Part shown: positions 57,886-64,000 of the stretch, one piece after another
How the letters are laid out: each line of letters opens with the position of its first letter
How positions within the stretch are numbered: position 1 is the stretch's first letter
NCBI GenBank assembly: GCA_051599415.1
Contig: AP039700.1
Span: 124,001-188,000, forward strand
DNA: 64,000 nucleotides
From: Savitreella phatthalungensis
Taxonomy: Eukaryota
Direction of reading: 5' to 3'
Program-made: the position numbers and the translations under genes
Notes under the pieces: generated by a model
Database searches by the model: none
Told to the model about the DNA's origin: nothing
What the model saw: only the letters and a program-made list of their open reading frames with translations

Positions 57886-58713
57886 GATTTATGTCGTGAC
57901 AATGCGTACGCGGAGGAGCAAATGGCTGAGCACGATCGACAAGTGGAGATATTATGGAAGACTTGTTTGTGGATGAGGACGTGTTGTGAAGCGCGACACA
58001 GAGTCACGGGTTGTAAATTACAATGTTGTAGATATGGAGAAGATGCATGTGAAACGTCATACACCATTCAACACGCTACGGCGCAGACCATAGTGGCATG
58101 AGAGACCACACTTCACGCAGAGCGTACACTAGAATGTTCACGGATGAGCTTGAGGATTTGACGTTCAAGGAGGATAACTTGCGAGTGGAAGAAAATTGAG
58201 TGAATCAAGAGAGGATTCTCATTAGGTCAGGTTACAGAACGCTGTAGTTATAATTGAGTTGGTCGATCGTAAACAGAAGTCATCTCTCGATCTTTGACCT
58301 ACTCCATCAGAGCCTCGGATGGTGCACTTCCCAACGATGGGCAGCGTGTTGTCGTGTTTGGATGTGAGACGACACCTGCTGTTGCGATGGAATTTTGAAC
58401 GGAGGCTGAGCATGCGCAGCACATGAATTCAGCCTGCCTTGCTTAGCGAGTCGATTGTGAGCATGATGAGTCGATGATGACTTTCTGTGTAGATTGACCA
58501 GGTGTATCGTAGATGAGATGAATCGGGACGGCGGTGTGTAGTATAGTTGTTGGTAGTGGTGAGGGGGATAGAACAGTAAGAACGCAAGAAAGAGGCGATG
58601 AGCACATAGGCCAGACTCCCTCCACCAATAGACTCATCAGCTCAGCAAATGAAGATGAGGATATGGATGATGAGGAGGATGAGAAGGAAGGAGAGAGAGA
58701 AGGTCAAAGATGC

Positions 58714-58896
58714 TCACTGCTCTGAACGGAGACGAGCTGCCTCGCGACGGGTTGAACGGCGCTTCTGAGCCTTCATCACTTGGAAGAAGATGAGGCCGAG
58801 AGCGACGATGCCGACGATGACGAAGACAAGGATGACTCCAGGCTCGCGGGATGCGAAGTTGCTGCGCTTGGCAAGAAGGTGAGAGACTGCGGCCAT
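58714..58896 (-). CDS. 60-aa single-pass membrane microprotein
   Basis: MAAVSHLLAKRSNFASREPGVILVFVIVGIVALGLIFFQVMKAQKRR: one TM helix and a basic tail, strong start context (cacaATGG), biased codons, and the only plausible gene in a 2.4-kb gap. Confidence 0.78.
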   Translation of the reverse strand: MAAVSHLLAKRSNFASREPGVILVFVIVGIVALGLIFFQVMKAQKRRSTRREAARLRSEQ

Positions 58897-59137
58897 TGTG
58901 TAGATGGAGAGAGGTGTGTGTGGGTGTTGCGGGCTTTAATGAACTCTGGAGATCAGCCTTTGAGAAGAGTCGGTAGAGTGTGTAGGTGTGGCAGGCAGGA
59001 ATGATGGTATCAGCGACCTCAGGGGTGATTCAGCGCGAGTTGGAGCAAGGGAGAGGGTGACAGGCGGCAGAGAGTGAATGATTCTCTGAGTGAGAGAGTG
59101 AAGAGAGTGTAGCGATTGCGTGGGTGACTGTTTGGGT

Positions 59138-59254
59138 GAGAGTGAGAGTGAGAGTGAGAGTGAGTGAGCGATCTTCCTGGTTGACTGACTGAGTGAATGA
59201 GTGAATGAGTGAATGAGTGAATGAGTGAATGAGTGAATGAGTGAATGAGTGAGT
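59138..59254. repeat. Tandem repeats (GAGAGT)4 and (GAGTGAAT)7
   Basis: Perfect arrays at 59138-59161 and 59191-59246. Confidence 0.93.
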
Positions 59255-60304
59255 AGGTGAGTGGAGTGGATGAGACGGGTGAATGATGAAGAGCAATTTC
59301 AACTGAATCTGATGGTTGTGACGAAAGGACCGATTTTGGCAGCACTCTCAGCACTCTCAGATGACTCATAAGGCTCAAACTTCGCTATCAGAGTCTCTGG
59401 CTGCTTCCGCAAGTCAGAAAGTCAACAACAACCCTTCACAGTTCAGTCAGCGATGTAAATCTTCTTTTAAGTGAGTAAATCAGCCGAGCACTGGCAGCAG
59501 CAGCGAATCAATAGTCCACTCAACAAATGTTCATTAATCCATTGCTCGTAACTCACTAAAGAGAGATTTAGTTCATTGGAGGCTGGTCAACAAGATTCCA
59601 AGCTGTTGTTCCTCTTCCAGATTGAATTTCACAAAGAGCATCAAAGTTGTCAGACTGTTAACGGTGAGCATGTGAGTCAGTAACCAATCTGATTCGGCCA
59701 GCTAGACTGCTTAGAGTACAGCTGTGCTCGAGTGAATTAGTACACATGAGATTCGAACATCTGAAGTTACATTCTCCAATTTCACTTTCCATCTGGCAAT
59801 CTCAAAGGCGTCAAAGAGATCCTTTCGCAACGGACATATACGGAATTTCACCTTCACAGCAATCAAATTGAATCTGCATCAGGTGCAACGGATTGAAAAT
59901 GACGCGCTATTGTATATCCATATAATCCGGAATTTCACATCTGAATGCTTCGTCAATGATCACGACAGCAGGATGGGAGCTCTACTTTCTGAGTCTACCC
60001 AGGTATGTGTCCTATCATATATTGACTCTGAACGATAGTACTCTCGCGACAGTGAAATATATACAGCTATATTTATATATAGGATTAACATATATTGCTG
60101 ATATCCAACAACAGATCCACGTGTACATGTATAATCCAACGGTCTTGAAGGTACACGTGCAGATTCAAATTCCACAACGCCATCCTCACTATCATCATTT
60201 TACATGACACCGTAGAGCTAGCTAGCTAGCCAGATACAGTAGTCCATGCACTATACATTGATTCAATCTACAAGTCATTCCTCTTCTTCAGTCAGTCCCC
60301 GTGT

Positions 60305-61120
60305 CTATATCAGCCAGACCTCGACTGCCAGCACACCAAATGGACTTCCTGCAGGTCCTCCACTGCAGGTCTCCCCCGTCAGTGGCTCATTTCCAAATGT
60401 CGTCGTCGTTGATGAGATACCTCTGGATAGACTCTCGTCCAGCCAAAGGGCATACCTGCCTTCGTCCCCACCCCCGAGCGAGAGAAATTCCGGGGTACAG
60501 TAGCACTGGTAGTCATTCAACCCTGTCCACGGGAACGCCTTGAACCTGAGATCCCCACCCGTTTCGCCTATCCTGTCTGTCCTCCACAGAAAGCACTCTC
60601 CGTTGCCAAAGTACCCTGCATGTGGTCTCGGATGCTCATTCAGAAACGCGCCAAACACGCCATGTCTAACCTCCTTCCTCTTCTCCGTTGTCTTCTCCTC
60701 TACCACTTCCACGGGCTCGCCCGCAGCCACACCATCCACATCCCGGACCACGACCACATACCCTGGCCGCTGCATCCCCGCTCTCGCCTTCCTCGCCGCC
60801 TCCTCACACCGCCCATACAGTGTCCTCAGACTGACGCCGTGCGCATCTAACGCATAGATGCACTCCCACTCGCTCGCCAGCTGCAGACGTGTCGGCAGGA
60901 GTGATCTGATCTCCTTGGCCACTTCTACCGTGAGTGCTGTGCGGTGTGGGTCAGCGATTGGCGTGTGTAGGACGAGGTCTTGTGGTGACGGTGGTTGGAG
61001 GAAGGCTGGGTTGTGGGAGGTGCCTGCACCGTAGATTTTCCGACGCGGTTTCACAATCCGACCGCCGAAGAACGATAATCCACCACCGCCGACATCACCG
61101 CCAGACGGCGTCGAGCTCAT
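60305..61120 (-). CDS. OXR1: Oxidation resistance protein 1 (TLDc domain)
   Basis: EIRSLLPTRLQLASEW..IYALDAHGVSLRTLY, VFGAFLNE, YFGNGECFLW, FKAFPWTGLNDY, FLSLGGGDEGRYALWLD, TFGNEPL, VEVW. First ATG at 61120. Confidence 0.93.
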   Translation of the reverse strand: MSSTPSGGDVGGGGLSFFGGRIVKPRRKIYGAGTSHNPAFLQPPSPQDLVLHTPIADPHRTALTVEVAKEIRSLLPTRLQLASEWECIYALDAHGVSLRTLYGRCEEAARKARAGMQRPGYVVVVRDVDGVAAGEPVEVVEEKTTEKRKEVRHGVFGAFLNEHPRPHAGYFGNGECFLWRTDRIGETGGDLRFKAFPWTGLNDYQCYCTPEFLSLGGGDEGRYALWLDESLSRGISSTTTTFGNEPLTGETCSGGPAGSPFGVLAVEVWLI

Positions 61121-61481
61121 CAGCAACACCACCACCACCAAGTACCAGACCGCCAGCCCAATCACGGCCGTCAGCACCAAGCTCGTTACTGAGTATCCTA
61201 GCCACACCGACCCAGCCAGATTGTGGTCGTTTGCTAGATCGCAGAGGTCTACTGGTTGTGTTGTTCGGAGGTGCGTGCGCGCTTGTGTACAAGGAGGACG
61301 CTGACGACGTCACTTTGTCCTTCGTGTACTCCGATTTCAGAGGTGGGCCGGGTTATAGAAAACGATATGCAGCATATGTAATTAATTATAGGGCAAAATA
61401 GTATACAAGAGATAAGATACCTATAGCACTTCGGTTGGCATACGAACATATGGCAAGTCATCCAACGTCACCCTGCTAATG

Positions 61482-64000
61482 CTACTCGTCGATGTCAAAG
61501 TCGTGCGTGATAGGACCTGGTTGACGTTGAGCGCTTCTTGGCGTTCTCGCCTTGGTGGTGGAGGTTGCAGTAGCCGGTGAAGGTTGGAAGGACTTGGACG
61601 TTGAGTGACGCTTGGTGGCTGTGATGGCGACGACCGGCGTCGGTGGAAGCGAGGACGGTTTTGTCGTCACGTCACTGCCACGTACTCTGAAGATTGAAGA
61701 GACAGGTCCTCCGAGCTCAGACGGCCGTTTGCGCCGGTCGGCACCGCGCGATCGGCCCATGGTCGGCGTCGGTTCAGGTGTGTCGTCGATCTGGAGCCGA
61801 GGACGCTTGTGAACTTGTTTCTTGGACGATGATGAAGGCGAAGGGGGGACTGGCGTACGCTGGCTGGCAGACCGCTTGCGCGTCTGCTGTTGTGGAGATT
61901 CCTGTAAGACTTGTCGTCGACGAGTCGGTGGTCTGGCTGATCGCGAACGCGATCTGGCGCCGCGACGACGCTTGTTTCGTTGAGCTTGTTGCTGCTGCTG
62001 CTGCTGTTGTTGCTTGCTGGCGTCGTTGAGCAATGCCTCTGTCGTCGTCGCAGCCCACCATGCTCCCGGAGCGTGCCTTGCGCGACTGGCACGAGGCAAA
62101 TTCTCTGGGGTTCTTCCAAATGTCTTGAGAGCTTCGAGCATGCGTAGTCCACTCGGAGTCTGACTTCGTCTACGTCGGAAGCTGTTCTCGTCTGGGCCGC
62201 CTCGAATCGCAACACGACCACGTCGTTCGATCGGGGACAAATGAACTGGCTCGACGATGTCCATCTCGTCCTCGTACCCACCCATGCCTGCATCGAATGC
62301 TTCGGGCTCATCATCAGCAGGATCGTCAACAGGCACCCCTGCAATTACAGCTTCAGTCTCAGGCCCAGGCACTCGACGGCCAGCGTTCTTCAGCGGCGAC
62401 CTGCTGCTTGCCGACGGTGGTGTCTCTGCACGCCGACGCGTCGGTAAGCTGAAGATTGGTGTCGTGACAGCCGCGGCAGCCTGTGCGCGTCGCTTTGTAG
62501 CAGATTGCATTGGCCTTTGCGGGGTTGACTCGTTGCTCGTGTCTGCGTTTGGTGTCGCCTTGGCAGGCGTCGTCTGTGAGGGCTTGCTTGGTGAGGCAAT
62601 GGGTGCGCGACGCGGTGGTGAGAGAGGGGTCGTTTGCAGCACGGGCGTCCGCTTGATGGACGGGCCAGTCGTGGGATTGCGCTTGATTGGCGAACCCTTC
62701 TGGGCAGGAGTCTCCGGCTTCCGCTGCTCGAGTCGTAGCTTGCGCGACAGATCAACGAGGCGGCCAATACGTGGAGTGTGACGAGGCCGGAAAGATAGGC
62801 CTGCCTGCACGGATCTGTCAGCTCTGCCTGGGGAGGGCGCTGACATGACGGGATCGGACAGTTCGTCGACCTCATTCGCAGGCTCCGAGTCAATTGGTTG
62901 TTCTTCGGTCGTTTCAGTGGGTTGCGCATCGAGCTCCTCGGGAATGTCATCTGAGACTAGCTCATCATCTGGCTCGTTCGAAATTCTTTGAGGTGTGCCA
63001 AGTGAGCGGCGCGGACGTTTCGCAGAACGAAGCAACGGCGATTCAGCAGTGACACGTCGACGTGGCTCGGACGCGGCCAACACAAGCCGCCGAGGAACGG
63101 GCGTCTGTTCATCGGCAATATCCAATTGACGCTGACTGACCTCCACCGCATCGACAGGTATCTTCGTAGGGCTATTGATTTCGTCTTCGTCTGCAAACGG
63201 CAGCTCAACATCATCACCCGCCCGCGGCAAAGGGATATCCATGACGATGCGCGAGCGGCTGCGCGGAGTCGTCGGTGGAGCAGACTTTTGTTCATCGTCG
63301 CTTCCTTCGTCGAAGCCGGGCAGAAGGGCGGACCTCTGTGGGGTCAATGAACGCCTCCGACCCCGCCTCCGGCGTTCAGGCCCAAGTAGGTTCCCTTCTT
63401 CGCCAGCCCAGATCTCTTCTTCCGTGCCCTGATTGTTGCGCTCCGGGATGTCCATCGTTGTCCGTCGGGCACGAGCTTTTGGCGTCTGCGGCAGCACTGG
63501 CGTTGTATCAGACAATGCATGGGTTTCCGGATGCGCTGGTGGCACAGCAGGAGACTCATCTGAGCCAACAGCAGGCACAATCTGTGCTGCCGGAGTCGCC
63601 AGTGGTGCATGTTGGTTGACAGGCTGAACGCTCCTGGTCATTCGTGCCGGCGATCTGGCTGTAGCAGTGACCGGGTTAGCAGGTCTGCGGATGACGGGGC
63701 TATCATTGCTTCGCAGAGCGTCTGTGCTTTGGCTGAAGTGGATGGCAGACATGAGCGCAGAATTATTGGCGCCATAGCTATTGCCTGGGCGCTTGTGCGG
63801 CAGAATCGATGGTGTCTGTGTATCGCCTAGCAGATTCGTCGCAGCTGCCGATGCGCGAGACGATTGCTTAGAAACTGGCGTTTCAGCTAGGACTGAAACT
63901 TGAGCTGGGGAAGCCAGCGCAGGAGCATTGACCTGTGTGTCTGAGGGGCCAGCATTAGCAGGAATAGACGAGCCGGCTGCCTCGCTCGTGGGATCGTTGT
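61482..64000 (-). CDS. Large intrinsically disordered, R/S/T/P-rich probable nuclear protein (5' end outside the window)
   Basis: The reading frame stays open from 63752 to the window edge (NDPTSEAAGSSIPANAG...), so the protein is at least about 838 aa. Many S/T-P sites and basic clusters. Confidence 0.8.
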   Translation of the reverse strand, partial: NDPTSEAAGSSIPANAGPSDTQVNAPALASPAQVSVLAETPVSKQSSRASAAATNLLGDTQTPSILPHKRPGNSYGANNSALMSAIHFSQSTDALRSNDSPVIRRPANPVTATARSPARMTRSVQPVNQHAPLATPAAQIVPAVGSDESPAVPPAHPETHALSDTTPVLPQTPKARARRTTMDIPERNNQGTEEEIWAGEEGNLLGPERRRRGRRRSLTPQRSALLPGFDEGSDDEQKSAPPTTPRSRSRIVMDIPLPRAGDDVELPFADEDEINSPTKIPVDAVEVSQRQLDIADEQTPVPRRLVLAASEPRRRVTAESPLLRSAKRPRRSLGTPQRISNEPDDELVSDDIPEELDAQPTETTEEQPIDSEPANEVDELSDPVMSAPSPGRADRSVQAGLSFRPRHTPRIGRLVDLSRKLRLEQRKPETPAQKGSPIKRNPTTGPSIKRTPVLQTTPLSPPRRAPIASPSKPSQTTPAKATPNADTSNESTPQRPMQSATKRRAQAAAAVTTPIFSLPTRRRAETPPSASSRSPLKNAGRRVPGPETEAVIAGVPVDDPADDEPEAFDAGMGGYEDEMDIVEPVHLSPIERRGRVAIRGGPDENSFRRRRSQTPSGLRMLEALKTFGRTPENLPRASRARHAPGAWWAATTTEALLNDASKQQQQQQQQQAQRNKRRRGARSRSRSARPPTRRRQVLQESPQQQTRKRSASQRTPVPPSPSSSSKKQVHKRPRLQIDDTPEPTPTMGRSRGADRRKRPSELGGPVSSIFRVRGSDVTTKPSSLPPTPVVAITATKRHSTSKSFQPSPATATSTTKARTPRSAQRQPGPITHDFDIDE

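Noticed and set aside
59191..59246. Regular 8-nt array considered as a CRISPR or telomere-like repeat
   Set aside because: There are no spacers, the context is eukaryotic, and the unit is not a TTAGGG-type repeat.

Overview
This is eukaryotic nuclear DNA from an ascomycete fungus. The compact, intron-poor layout and protein similarities suggest a Taphrinomycotina-like yeast, which is inference only. About 30 protein genes are present, mostly single-exon housekeeping genes: KAE1 (partial), TAF5, BSD2, RPL31, VCX1, THOC3/TEX1, OXNAD1-like, KGD2, ATP16 (3 introns), PDE2, MIR1, FAU1, a flavin reductase, acrB-like, CHL1, an SPT small subunit, an arrestin-like protein, VTS1 (2 introns), TFC4, PP1, an Rdx/SelW-like protein (2 introns), Mtf2-like, GRH1, OXR1 and several unknowns. 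I found no supportable tRNA, rRNA, CRISPR array or intact transposon. The most interesting signals are these. (1) The two long introns in the window (ATP16 intron 1 and Rdx intron 2) each fold into a long hairpin that shortens them to the length of the ordinary short introns. (2) A 1385-nt stretch with no ATG and many microsatellites lies before PP1. (3) VTS1 needs an AAG acceptor that competes with a frameshifting CAG 10 nt away. (4) A secreted protein has dibasic sites and an amphipathic C-terminal segment. (5) A disordered protein carries a CENP-C-like motif. (6) A 60-aa membrane microprotein sits behind a tandem-repeat array. All homology calls come from motif recognition, not database searches.
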